This document shows positions 9,845 to 19,512 of a stretch of DNA of 64,000 bases, one piece after another (the stretch's first letter is position 1; every line of letters begins with the position of its first letter). The position numbers and the translations under genes are program-made. The DNA is from Candidatus Dormiibacterota bacterium (GTDB lineage: Bacteria > Chloroflexota > Dormibacteria > Aeolococcales > Aeolococcaceae), in NCBI GenBank assembly GCA_963717185.1, contig CAVQVY010000019.1:11113-75112 (forward strand). Reading direction: 5' to 3'. Below the pieces are notes generated by a model. That model ran no database searches. It had not been told where the DNA came from and saw only the letters and a list, made by a program, of their open reading frames with translations.

Positions 9845-10246
9845 CTACCCGGCGAGGAAGTCGAGACGGACGTGCCGCTGCGGGTTGTCGGCGTTGAGGT
9901 CCACCAGCACCACGCGCTGCCAGGTCCCCAGGACGACGCGTCCCGCCGCGACCGGGAGGGTCAGCGATGGGCTGACCAGGGCGGGAAGGAGGTGGTCGGC
10001 GCCGTGGCCGCTGCTGCCGTGGCGGTGCGAGTAGCGATCATCGCGAGGGAGCAGCCGCTGCAGCGCGCCGACCAGGTCGCTCTCGGAACCGCTGCCTGTC
10101 TCCATCAGCGCGAGTCCCGCGGTGGCGTGGAGCGCGAGGATGGAGAGCAGGCCGTCACCACCGGCGCGCACGAAGTCTTCGACCTCGTCGGTGATGTCCA
10201 CCACCTGCGCCGCGCTGGTGTCGACGGTGATCTGCCCAGTTCGCAC
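9845..10246 (-). CDS. YjbQ/UPF0047 family protein (secondary thiamine-phosphate synthase-like)
   Basis: Motifs: ITVDTSAAQVVDITDEV, LHATAGLALMETGSGSE, HGSSGHGADHLLPALV, WQRVVLVDL. GTG 10246 is preceded by GAGGAAG; an upstream in-frame ATG is an alternative start. Confidence 0.7.
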   Translation of the reverse strand: MRTGQITVDTSAAQVVDITDEVEDFVRAGGDGLLSILALHATAGLALMETGSGSESDLVGALQRLLPRDDRYSHRHGSSGHGADHLLPALVSPSLTLPVAAGRVVLGTWQRVVLVDLNADNPQRHVRLDFLAG

Positions 10247-10342
10247 GGCGGCTTCCTCGGGTGCCTGGTTGCGGCAGGGTGGGTGGACCGGGCGATTGTC
10301 ACCGGTGGGCACATGCTGACGGCCCGGTAGCATCCGCGCGCC

Positions 10343-11171
10343 ATGACCGACACGCGCCTCGCCGCACCGGACGGGACCGAGCTCGCCGTCACGGTCGCCG
10401 GCGAGGGGCCGCCGCTGCTCGATGATCCCCGGGCTGGGCGCCACCCGGGTCATCTTCGACCCGCTGGTGCCGTTGCTGCTGACGGGCTTCCGCGTCCTCG
10501 TGTACGACCAGCGCGGCGTCGGCGCGTCCCAGCTGACCCCCGGGCCGTACACCACCGAACAGCTCGGCGACGACGCCGCCGCGGTCCTCGACGGCCTCGA
10601 GGTCGAGCGCGCCATGGTCCTCGGCGCCTCGTTCGGAGGCATGGTCGCCCAGCAGCTCGCCGTCGGGCACCCCGACCGGGTCCGGGCCCTGGTTCTCGCG
10701 GCCACCGGGCCGGGTCCGGCGCACCTCGCCCGCGCCCCCGACCCGGCCGCGTCGGCTGCGCTCCTCGGCAAGGGTGCGCGGACACCCGAGGAGGCCTACC
10801 GGCTCGCCTGCACGGTGCTGTACTCGCGCCGTTTCCAGGAGGAGCACGCCGAGTTCATCGAGGAGCAGGTGCGCGACCGCGCCCGGCGTCCCGTCGCCGC
10901 ACGTGCCTTCCAGGCGCAGCTCGCGGCATCTGCCGGTCATGACGCGTGGGACCGCCTGCCCTCGATCAGCGCCCCCACCCTGGTGATGCACGGCAGCGAG
11001 GACGCGGTGATGCCCCTGGCCAACGCCGAGCTGCTCGCCGAGCGCATCCCCGGGGCCATGCTCGAGGTGTTCGACGGCGCCGGCCATCTCTTCTTCCACG
11101 AGCAGCCTGAGCGAACCGCGCAGGCGCTGAGCGCGTTCGAGGCCGCGCACCGGCTGACGGTGGACGCCTAG
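10343..11171 (+). pseudogene. alpha/beta-fold hydrolase, 1 frame break as given
   Basis: Motifs: LGASFGG nucleophile elbow, MHGSEDAVMP, GAGHLFFHEQPE. The N-terminal 25 aa are in another frame (switch ~10418-10420). Confidence 0.75.
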
Positions 11172-12820
11172 CCCGAGCCGGTCACGTCCTCGTCGGTGTG
11201 CCCGTCAGCGGCCGCGACCTCCTCGGTGGTGGACCCGGCGCGTTCGTCGTCCCCTTCACCGCCGTTGGCACGCCGGCGGTTGGCCTCCTGCACCGCCGCG
11301 ATCTGCGCCGGCGCGGTCGCCGTCGCCGTGGTCTCGCGGATCACGGTCACCTTGATCATCCCCGGGTACTGCATCTCGTTCTCGATCTCGTGGGCGATCT
11401 CGCTGCTCAGCTCGGGCACCTGCGCATCCTTCACCTGCTTGGCGCGCACGAAGATGCGCACCTCGCGGCCCGCCTGCAGCGGGAACGCCCGCTCGACACC
11501 GGAGTGGCGGGTGGCGATCGTCTGCAGCTGCTCGAGTCGCGCCAGGTAGGTGGCCAGGGTGTCGCGCCGCGCCCCCGGGCGCGATGCGCTGATCGCGTCC
11601 GCGCAGATGGTGAGCATGGCCAGGTCGGTGGTCGGCTCCTCGTCGAAGTGGTGCGCCTTGACCGCGTGGATGATTCCCGGGTCGGCGCCGAGAACACGAA
11701 GAACCTCGCCACCGATGATCGCGTGTGACCCTTCGACATCGTGGTCGACGGCCTTGCCGATGTCATGGAGCATCCCGGCCTCGCGCGCCACGGTCTGCGA
11801 CATGCCCAGCTCGGCCGCGAGGACACCACAGATGTGCCCGGTCTCCTCGCAGTGGAGCAGCGCGTTCTGGCCGTACGAGAAGCGGAAGTGGAGCGTGCCC
11901 ATCAGCTCGGCCAGTTCGGGGCGCCCCTCCATCTGCATCTCCCAGAGCGCCTGCTCGCCGAGCTGGCGCACCTTGCTCGAGAGCGCCCCGCGGGTCCGCT
12001 GCAGGAGCGGCGGCACCTCGGAGGCCTGGAGCTTGCGGTCGACCACCTCCAGCGCCGCCTGCCTGGCCACCTCGCGCCCGACCGGGTCCATCCCGCGCAG
12101 CGTTGCCTGGGCACGATCCTCGTCGACACCGAGCTCCATGCCGGTGTCCTCGGCGATCACCGACAGAGCACTGAGCAGCCGCTCGCGAGCGTGCTCGTCG
12201 AGGTCGTCCAGGGACAGCGGCGCCGCGCGGGCCACGCCGTCGTCGTGACCGCTCAGCTGGCGTTCCATCGCCTCGACGATGAGCGTCCGTGCCGCCGGCT
12301 CGGCGTCACCGACGCGCTCGAGGAGCGCCGCCTCGACCCGCGCGGCCTGCTCGTTGGCGAGGTCGTTGTCGACGCGCTCGAGGACCAGCCGCTCGGCGGT
12401 GTCACGGTCGAGGTCGGCAACTCGCTCGAACGTTGCCGCCACCTCCGCTCGCGCCGCGGCGAGGGCGGCGGCGCGCTCGTCGATCTCCTCGCGGCGCTTC
12501 TTGTGGAGATGGCGGCGCTCGTCGAACACGGCACGGCGGTCGCGGTAGGTGCGCTCGCGCTCCTCGGTCAGCGCGTCGGTGGCCTCGACAGCCTGCTGGC
12601 GCACCAGCACCTCCTCACGCACGGCTTCCCGTGCCGCCAGGGCCTGCTCGCGTGCCTCCGCGACCAGGCGGTCCGCCTCGGCGCGGGCGCGTGCGGCAGC
12701 GGCCGGGTCGTCCGCGGGTGGCGCAGCGGCTGGTCGGGGAGCCGGACGCCGGGCCAGGGTGAGCGCGGCGACGCCGACGCCGGCGGCCAGCAGGATTGCC
12801 ACGGCAAGGACGGCGATCAC
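11168..12820 (-). CDS. rny: ribonuclease Y
   Basis: Intact 550-aa ORF with an N-terminal TM helix, a long Ala/Glu/Arg coiled coil, a KH region and an HD domain (MLHDIGKAVDHDVEGSHAIIG). Confidence 0.9.
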   Translation of the reverse strand: MIAVLAVAILLAAGVGVAALTLARRPAPRPAAAPPADDPAAAARARAEADRLVAEAREQALAAREAVREEVLVRQQAVEATDALTEERERTYRDRRAVFDERRHLHKKRREEIDERAAALAAARAEVAATFERVADLDRDTAERLVLERVDNDLANEQAARVEAALLERVGDAEPAARTLIVEAMERQLSGHDDGVARAAPLSLDDLDEHARERLLSALSVIAEDTGMELGVDEDRAQATLRGMDPVGREVARQAALEVVDRKLQASEVPPLLQRTRGALSSKVRQLGEQALWEMQMEGRPELAELMGTLHFRFSYGQNALLHCEETGHICGVLAAELGMSQTVAREAGMLHDIGKAVDHDVEGSHAIIGGEVLRVLGADPGIIHAVKAHHFDEEPTTDLAMLTICADAISASRPGARRDTLATYLARLEQLQTIATRHSGVERAFPLQAGREVRIFVRAKQVKDAQVPELSSEIAHEIENEMQYPGMIKVTVIRETTATATAPAQIAAVQEANRRRANGGEGDDERAGSTTEEVAAADGHTDEDVTGSG

Positions 12821-12826
12821 TCGCCG

Positions 12827-12832
12827 AGTGTA
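12827..12832 (-). promoter_or_regulatory. -10-like hexamer TACACT, 6 nt before the rny GTG (leaderless geometry)
   Basis: The minus strand reads TACACT-cggcga-GTG(12820), with no SD. Confidence 0.3.
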
Positions 12833-12868
12833 CGGGGGACGCCGTCCACCGCCTCCGCGCTGAGCCGG

Positions 12869-13783
12869 TCAGCCGCCGGGCGGGGGATCGAAGGGGTCTG
12901 CCACCTCGTTGACCAGCTCGCGCGAGAAGAGGAGCGCCGCGGGCGGAAGCGTCCGCCGCCGGTCCCAGACCAGCGCCATGGTGCGCGCGATCGGGGGATC
13001 TCTCAGGGGGATCACGTTGACGCGCCCGGATGGCGAGGGGAGTGGCATCGGCATCAGGGTGATCCCCAGGCCGGCCTCGACCAGCCCCTGGACGATGCTG
13101 AAGTCGTCGCCCTCGTAGGCCACCTTGGTGGACAGACCCTGCGCGGCGAAGGCGTCGTCGATGACCTTGCGCAGGCCGCTGCGCGAGCGCGGCAGGATGA
13201 GCGGCTCCTCGGCGAGGTCGCCGAGCGCGACCGAGGTCCGGCCGGAAAGGCGGTGGCCGAGCGGGACGACAACGGCGACCCGTTCGCGGAAGAGCGGGAC
13301 GGTCTCGAGGTCCGGGGTGTTGACCGGAGGGGGCCCGAGGATGCCGAGGTCGAAGTCGCCGGCCAGCACCCCGCTGGCCACCTCGGCGGTGGTGCCCTCC
13401 TCGAGGATGAAGCGCACCCCCGGGTGGGCCTGGAGGAAACGCGCCAGCCTCTGCGGCAGCCAGCGCGCGCCGACGGTGTGGAGGAAGCCGAGCCGGACCT
13501 CGCCCGACTCGGCTGAGACAGCCCCCTCGGCGTCGGCCACGGCCTCGCGGAGATCGCTGAGCAGGCGCTCGGCACGGCCCACGAACCGCTTGCCGGCCTG
13601 GGTGAGCCGGATGGAGCGCCCGATCCGTTCGAAGAGCGGAACCCCGATCTCCTGCTCGAGGCGGGCGATCTTGCGGCTGACCGTTGACGGATCTGCCTGC
13701 AACGCCTCCGAGGCCCGGCCTAGATGCTCGACCCGGGCCACCTCCAGGAAGGTCCGCAAGGAGTCGGCATTGATGCGATCCAT
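12869..13783 (-). CDS. LysR-family transcriptional regulator
   Basis: Intact 304-aa ORF with an N-terminal HTH (LRTFLEVARVEHLGRASEALQADPSTVSRKIARLEQEIGVPLFER) and a LysR-type substrate-binding domain. Confidence 0.85.
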   Translation of the reverse strand: MDRINADSLRTFLEVARVEHLGRASEALQADPSTVSRKIARLEQEIGVPLFERIGRSIRLTQAGKRFVGRAERLLSDLREAVADAEGAVSAESGEVRLGFLHTVGARWLPQRLARFLQAHPGVRFILEEGTTAEVASGVLAGDFDLGILGPPPVNTPDLETVPLFRERVAVVVPLGHRLSGRTSVALGDLAEEPLILPRSRSGLRKVIDDAFAAQGLSTKVAYEGDDFSIVQGLVEAGLGITLMPMPLPSPSGRVNVIPLRDPPIARTMALVWDRRRTLPPAALLFSRELVNEVADPFDPPPGG

Positions 13784-13910
13784 GCATCAATCTGATCCGA
13801 AAAGTGCTCTTGATGTCAACGCTGGACGCGGATAATCTTGAGTTCAGTGGTGACCGAAACGTCTACAGAACCGTTGTCACGGCTGCCGGCGCCAACCCGA
13901 GGAGATTGAA

Positions 13911-14339
13911 TTGCTGATTGAGAATGCCACCCAGGAGGTGCATGACGCGCGGCAGCGTCATCACCGGGAGATGGTCGAGCGGACCCGCCTGCGCCGCCTC
14001 GTCGAACGCGTCGACGAGGTGATCAGTGCGTGCGAGGAGATCCACCTCCAGAGCATCAAGGAGACCCCAGCCGACCTCAAGTCGCGGGCCGAGGACGTCT
14101 TCTCCTTCGCCCGAAGCGCGGTGTCGAAGACCGGGGACCGCGAGGCGCTGGCCGCCGTCGAGGAGGCCATCGGCCGCCGCCAGGTCAAGATCACCGAGAT
14201 CATGGACATCCTCTGGACCATCCAGGAGATCGTCTTCGACCTCATGCTGCCGTGGCGCACCGAGCTCCCCGAGGATGTCGAGCCCGATGGGCCGATCACC
14301 GGTGCTCCCGACTGGAGGCGCTGGACGGCCGTCGCCTGA
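13911..14339 (+). CDS. hypothetical all-helical 142-aa protein, divergent from the LysR gene
   Basis: TTG start 6 nt after GAGGAG, with GC3-rich codons throughout. I recognise no family motif. Confidence 0.5.
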   Translation: MLIENATQEVHDARQRHHREMVERTRLRRLVERVDEVISACEEIHLQSIKETPADLKSRAEDVFSFARSAVSKTGDREALAAVEEAIGRRQVKITEIMDILWTIQEIVFDLMLPWRTELPEDVEPDGPITGAPDWRRWTAVA

Positions 14340-14348
14340 GCTGAGCGG

Positions 14349-17199
14349 TCAGCTCTCCTCGGCCGCGCGGCCCTCGTCGCACACGGTGCGGTACTCGCAG
14401 CGCGTGCAGTTCCACGCCGACGGGTGTGGCGGGAAGTCGCCGTCCCGCCACGCGGCCGCCATGTCGCGGGCGGTGACCGAGAGGAACCGGTACGAGGTGT
14501 CGAGCTGCTCGAGGGTGAACGCCACCCGGGTCACCTCGGCGGTCTGCAGGTGGTGCAGCTCGACGGCGACGTCGTCGTGCGCTCGCGCGTGACACGGCGA
14601 CCGCGTAGGCGCGCACCTGGATGTCCCTGCGCAGCCGCTCCTCGTCGCCGTGGCGGCCCGGTCTTGTAGTCGACGACGTCACCGCCGCCGGCCGCGCTGC
14701 TGTCGAGGCGGTCCCAACGGCCGTGCACGTCGGCGTGGTCGAGCGCCAGGCTGAACGTCTCCTCGACAGCGGTCGACGGACGCATCGCGCCACGCCGCGC
14801 CGCCGACGTAGCGGCGCAGCTGCGCCTCGCCGAGGTCGCGCAGCTCGGGGTTGCTGCCCTTGGGCCCGCGCGTGGCCGTCCACGCATCGTTCCAGATCGC
14901 GGCCACCACGTCCGCGTCCACGGCCTCACCCGCGAGGCGGCGCATGGCGGCGTTCTGGAGCACCGTGTGCATCAGCGTCCCGTACCAGCTCTGCAGCGAG
15001 TCGCGAACGGGCATGCGGTAGCGGTGCCGGTACTCGAAACGCCGGGGGCACTGTTTGAAGACACGAATGTCAGAAACTCCGACGGAGAGGCGCTCCGCAG
15101 AGCGGCGCCCGGTGGCTCGCGCCGCACGGGGATGAAGAGGAAGCGCGGCCGGCACATCGCGCGCTCGAGCATCCCCGCCCGTCGCGACCGGGGCCAGGAA
15201 CGGGGACGGCGCCTCGTCCTTGAAGCTGCGCGGGTAGCGCCGCGCGCGCGACAGCACCAGGCGGTCGCGGGCGCGGGTGGCGGCGACGTAGAACAGCCGG
15301 CGCTCCTCGTCGATGACCGCGTCACCCTGCGGGGGCAGCTCCGGGACCAGCGCAGCCGGCAGCGCCAGTGTCGACGCCGCCACCGTGCCACGGCCCGGCC
15401 AGCGCGACTCGACGCATCCCGACAGGACCACCACCGGCCACTCCAGCCCCTTGGCCGAGTGGGCGGTGAGGAGCATCACCCCGTCGTCGACCGCCTCGAT
15501 CGTCGCCAGCTCGTCGGCGTTGCGGCTGTTGCGCAGGACCTCGAGGTAGCGCAGCGCGGTGGCGAGCCGGTGGTCGTCACTCCAATCGGCGAAGAACTCG
15601 AGGAGCTCGCCGAACTTGTTGAGGTTCGGCGCCCGTCTGCATCCGGGCCAGCTCGTCCTGCTGGTCGAGCAGGCCGAGGAAGTCGCTGCGTTCGAGCGCC
15701 TCGTAGAAGATCTCGCGAACGTCCTCGCGCGCGCTCATCGCGTGCAGCGCCTCGACGTCGTCGATGCAGCGGGTCGCCCGGCGAGCGTCGTGCTCGTCGA
15801 GGTCCGCCGCACCGGTGCCCCGGAGCACCTCGAGCAACGGGGTGTCGTGCGCGCCACACAGCTGCACCAGCGCGAGCCGGCCGCGGTTGCTGACCTTCCA
15901 CGACGGCAGCTGCAGGCAGCGCAGCAGCGCCTGCGAGTCCGAGGGATCCGCGGCCGCGCCGAGCAAGGACAGCAGGTCCTTGATCTCCGGCTGGGTGAAG
16001 AAGCCGCGTCCACCCTGCACCTGGTAGGGACACCCACCTCGCGGAGCGCGCCGATGGCGGCGCGCATGTCGGCGTGGCGACGGAACAGCCAGGCGATGTC
16101 GGCCGCGCGCACCCCGGCGTCGATCAGCCGCCGGCACTCGGAGGCCACGCCGAGCACCTCACTGCGCTCGTCCGCGGCCTCCCACAGCTCCACGGGGTCG
16201 CCGGCGGGACGCTCGGCGACCAGCGTCTTGGCGATGCGCGACGTCGGGTTGGCGATGGCGATGATCGCGGTCGCCGCGGCGACGATCGCCGGCGTGCTGC
16301 GGTAGTTGTGCGTGAGCGCCGACCCGCGCGTGCCGGGGTAGGTCCGCGAGAAGCGGTCGAGGTTGGCCAGGCTGGCGCCGCGGAACTTGTAGATCGCCTG
16401 GTCGTCGTCGGCGACGACGAGGATGTTGTGGTGGGAGGCGACCAGCGTCTCGACCAGACGCGCCTGCGCGTAGTTGGTGTCCTGGTACTCGTCGACCATG
16501 ACGTACTCGATGGCGTCACACACCGCGCGGCGCGGCGCGTCGTGCTCGCGCAGGAGCTGTTCGGCGCGCAGGATGGTGTCGTCGTGGTCGAGGACGGCGC
16601 TGCGCATGTAGCGCTCGTCCAGTGCCGCGTACACGGCGGCGATCTCCTCGTGTCGCTCGAGCAGCGCCCGCTGCGCAGGGTCGTCGGTGTCGGCCAGCGC
16701 CTGCGCCGCCCACTCCGCGTACCGCCCCGGGGTGACCAGCTCCTGCTTGGCCTTGCCGATGACGTCGAGGATCGAGTCGACGAGGTCGTGGGGGCGAACC
16801 GGGTTCCACAGGGTGCGCGGGCGCAGTGACGCCAGCACCGCCTCGAGGTGGAGCCAGCGCTCCGCCTCGTCCGCGATCCTGAACGCGGGGGAGATGCCCG
16901 GCCAGCCAGCCCCATTCGCGGACCACCCGGCCGGCAAATGAGTGGTAGTTGCTCAGTGGCGGCTCCCCGGCGAAGGGCCCGTGCGCCGTCTCGGCGCGCG
17001 AGCGCATCTCAGCGGCCGCCTTGCGCGTGTAGGTGAGGACCAGCTGCGCCGAGGGGGTCACTCCCTCACCGTCCAGCGCCAGGAAGCGTTCGACGATGAC
17101 CCGGGTCTTGCCACTCCCCGGTCCGGCGAGCACCAGGCACGGTCCCTCCCGGTGTGCCACGGCGGCCTGCTGGTCGGGGTCGAGCGGGACGGACGGCAT
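14349..17199 (-). pseudogene. UvrD/PcrA-family DNA helicase with a C-terminal PD-(D/E)XK (Cas4/AddB-like, Cys-cluster) nuclease domain, ~6 frame breaks as given
   Basis: Helicase motifs: LAGPGSGKT (Walker A), VMVDEYQDTNYAQ, ALTHNYRST, LLTAHSAKGLEWPVVVL, RRLFYVAATRARDRLVLS. Nuclease part: VSDIRVFKQCPRRFEY, GRWDRLD...VVDYKTG, C-terminal CTRCEYRTVC. Switches are at ~16900, ~16035, ~15625, ~14790, ~14665 and ~14578. Confidence 0.75.
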
Positions 17200-17222
17200 C
17201 GGTCCTCAGGCCACGGGCGTTC

Positions 17223-17236
17223 CGAACGGATGTACG
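17223..17236. promoter_or_regulatory. Cheo-type LexA-box-like palindrome CGAACggatGTACG upstream of the helicase gene
   Basis: There is 1 mismatch to CGAAC-N4-GTTCG. It lies 24 nt upstream of the helicase start (minus strand). A sibling site sits upstream of uvrA at 57016. Confidence 0.3.
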
Positions 17237-17332
17237 GGAACCTCGGGCAAGCCTAGCACCGGGACAGGGCGCCCCGGTCCGCCGCCGGGCGCTGACGCCG
17301 CACCGCGCTGGGAATCGCGCGAAGATCCGCCG

Positions 17333-18094
17333 ATGACCCCGGTGAAGCTCGACAACGACGGCGACGTGCTGGTGGTGACCATCGACCGGCCGCAGGTGCG
17401 CAACGCCATCGACCGCGCCACCGCCGACGCGCTGGCCGGCGCCTTCCGCGACTTCGACGCCGACGACCGCCTGTCCGCGGCGGTGCTCACGGGCGCCGGC
17501 GGGTCCTTCTGCTCCGGCGCCGACCTGCGCGGCGTGGCCGGGTTGCGCACCGAGGAGGACGGCGACGCGCCGCTCGGCATCTCGCGGATGCTGGTCGGCA
17601 AGCCCGTGATCGCCGCCGTCGAGGGTCACGCCGTTGCCGGAGGCCTCGAGCTGGCACTGTGGTGCGACCTGCGCGTCGCCGCGGAGAGCGCCGTGTTCGG
17701 CGTCTTCTGCCGGCGCTTCGGTGTGCCGCTGATGGACGGTGGCACCATCCGCCTGCCTCGACTGGTCGGTCATGGCCGTGCCCTCGACCTCATCCTCACC
17801 GGCCGGCCCGTCGCTGCACAGGAGGCACTGCGCATCGGGCTCGCCGACCGCGTGGTCCCGGACGGCCAGGCGCTGCATGCTGCATTGGCGTTCGCGCACG
17901 AGCTGGCCGCGCTGCCGCAGACATGCCTGCGCAGCGACCGCCTGTCGGTGTACGAGCAATGGTCTCTGACCACGGCCGAGGCGTTGGTGAACGAGACCCG
18001 CCGCGGCATCGCGGTGGTCGGCAGCGGTGAGACCGCCCGGGGTGCGCAGCTCTTCGCACGCGGTGAAGGGAGGCACGGGACCTCGATCGGCTGA
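17333..18094 (+). CDS. enoyl-CoA hydratase/isomerase (crotonase) family protein
   Basis: ATG at 17333, 253 aa, intact. Motifs: GAGGSFCSGADL and AAVEGHAVAGGLELALWCDLRVA. Confidence 0.85.
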   Translation: MTPVKLDNDGDVLVVTIDRPQVRNAIDRATADALAGAFRDFDADDRLSAAVLTGAGGSFCSGADLRGVAGLRTEEDGDAPLGISRMLVGKPVIAAVEGHAVAGGLELALWCDLRVAAESAVFGVFCRRFGVPLMDGGTIRLPRLVGHGRALDLILTGRPVAAQEALRIGLADRVVPDGQALHAALAFAHELAALPQTCLRSDRLSVYEQWSLTTAEALVNETRRGIAVVGSGETARGAQLFARGEGRHGTSIG

Positions 18095-18140
18095 GGGCGG
18101 CCGCGTCGAGAGCATCCGGCAGACAAATGCGGGCGCTGCG

Positions 18141-18146
18141 TACAAT
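18141..18146 (+). promoter_or_regulatory. -10-like hexamer TACAAT upstream of rpsU
   Basis: A perfect-type TACAAT sits in an AT-richer intergenic patch, ~77 nt before the rpsU GTG. The -35 is weak (cAGACA, 15-nt spacer). Confidence 0.3.
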
Positions 18147-18222
18147 CGTTCTCAAGACAACTCATTTTCTGTGGCGTATTCCTGCTGCCCGACGGGCGGC
18201 CCGAAGGAGGTGATTCCGACCC

Positions 18223-18404
18223 GTGTCGGAGGTCAAAGTCCGCGAGGGCGAGACCTTTGAGAGCGCTCTGCGACGCTTCAACAAGAAGATCAAGCAGAAC
18301 GGCATCCTCTCAGAGGTGCGTCGCCGCGAGCATACGAAAAACCCTCGGTCCGCCGCAAGCGCAAGCTCGTCGCCGCCAAGAAGCGTCGCGCCAAGGCAGG
18401 CTGA
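18223..18404 (+). pseudogene. rpsU: 30S ribosomal protein S21, 1 frame break as given
   Basis: GTG at 18223 follows GAAGGAGG. MSEVKVREGETFESALRRFNKKIKQNGILSEVRRREH continues in the +1 frame as EKPSVRRKRKLVAAKKRRAKAG-stop (TGA 18402-18404). The break is at ~18337 (catacg, probably a lost T or C). Confidence 0.8.
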
Positions 18405-18477
18405 CCCGCATTCGCGAGCAGTCCCGGCGCCCCGCGCCGCGCGCGCGTGCCGGGCTCCGCGCGCCGTCCTTCGAGCG

Positions 18478-18870
18478 ATGAGAGTGAGCATCCGGCGTGC
18501 CGAGGCCGTGACCCTCGCGCGCCACCGCGGGGCGATTCGGCGCGCCCAGCTCGGCCCGCTGCTGCGTCGCTGCGGGGACGCGCTCGGCGTCGCCGCGCGC
18601 GCGTCGCTGGCTGTGCTGCTCACCGATGACGAGGAGCTGCGCGGCTCAATGAGCGCTTCCTCGGGCATCGACGCGCCCACCGATGTGCTCGCCTTCCCCG
18701 CCGCTGAGCCCGGCCGCGTCGGCGACATCGCCATCAGCGTGGAGCGCGCGGTCGCCCAGGACGGTGAGGGCGCCGGCGACGGGGCTGCGGAGTTGCGCCT
18801 CCTGGCGGTCCACGGGCTGCTCCACTGCCTCGGTCACGACCACGCCGAGGCGGCCAGGCCGCCGCGATGA
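18478..18870 (+). CDS. ybeY: rRNA maturation endoribonuclease YbeY (3' end uncertain)
   Basis: Motifs: DAPTDVLAFP, GDIAISVERA and the zinc motif HGLLHCLGHDH. A local stretch (ELRGSMSASSG versus the expected EL..LNERFLG) and the last ~10 codons may hide compensating or terminal indels. Confidence 0.7.
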   Translation: MRVSIRRAEAVTLARHRGAIRRAQLGPLLRRCGDALGVAARASLAVLLTDDEELRGSMSASSGIDAPTDVLAFPAAEPGRVGDIAISVERAVAQDGEGAGDGAAELRLLAVHGLLHCLGHDHAEAARPPR

Positions 18871-18934
18871 CCTCGGCGACGCGCGCGCTGCTCCCCGACC
18901 AGGCCATCCCCGACCTCGTGCCGGCCGCGGCTGA

Positions 18935-19512
18935 ATGGCCTCGCTCATCATCGGGCTCGGCAACCCAGGGGGCGAGTACGCCCGCACCCGGCACAACGTC
19001 GGCTGGATGTGCCTCGACGAGCTCGAAGTCGCGCGGGCGTTTCGGGCGCGAGCGTCGTGACGGCCCGGCGAAGGTGCGCGAGGGCACCGTCGACGGCTAC
19101 GACCTCGTCACCGCGCGGCCGCAGACCTACATGAACGTGTCGGGTCGCGCCGCCGTGCACCTGCTCGGCAGGTACGGCGTGCCGCCCACCGACCTCATGG
19201 TGGTGCACGACGACGTCGACCTGCCGCTGGGACGGCTGCGGCTCAAACGAGGCGGAGGCGCCGCGGGCAACAAGGGTGTGCTCTCCATCGCGGACTCGCT
19301 GCGCACCCAGGACTTCCTGCGAGTTCGCATCGGGGTGTCGCGGCCCGCTGAGCGCGACCAGATGGTCGACTACGTGCTCGACCGCTTCACGCCCGGACGA
19401 GCGCGAACGGCTGGCCGCGGTGCTGCCGCGGGCGGCGGACGCGGTGATGACGCTGGTGCGCGACGGCCTGGAGAGCGCGATGAGCGAGTACAACCGTGCC
19501 CCTGACGACTGA
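18935..19512 (+). pseudogene. pth: peptidyl-tRNA hydrolase, 2 frame breaks as given
   Basis: Motifs: [60 protein letters not shown]. Switches are at ~19030 and ~19398. Confidence 0.8.
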
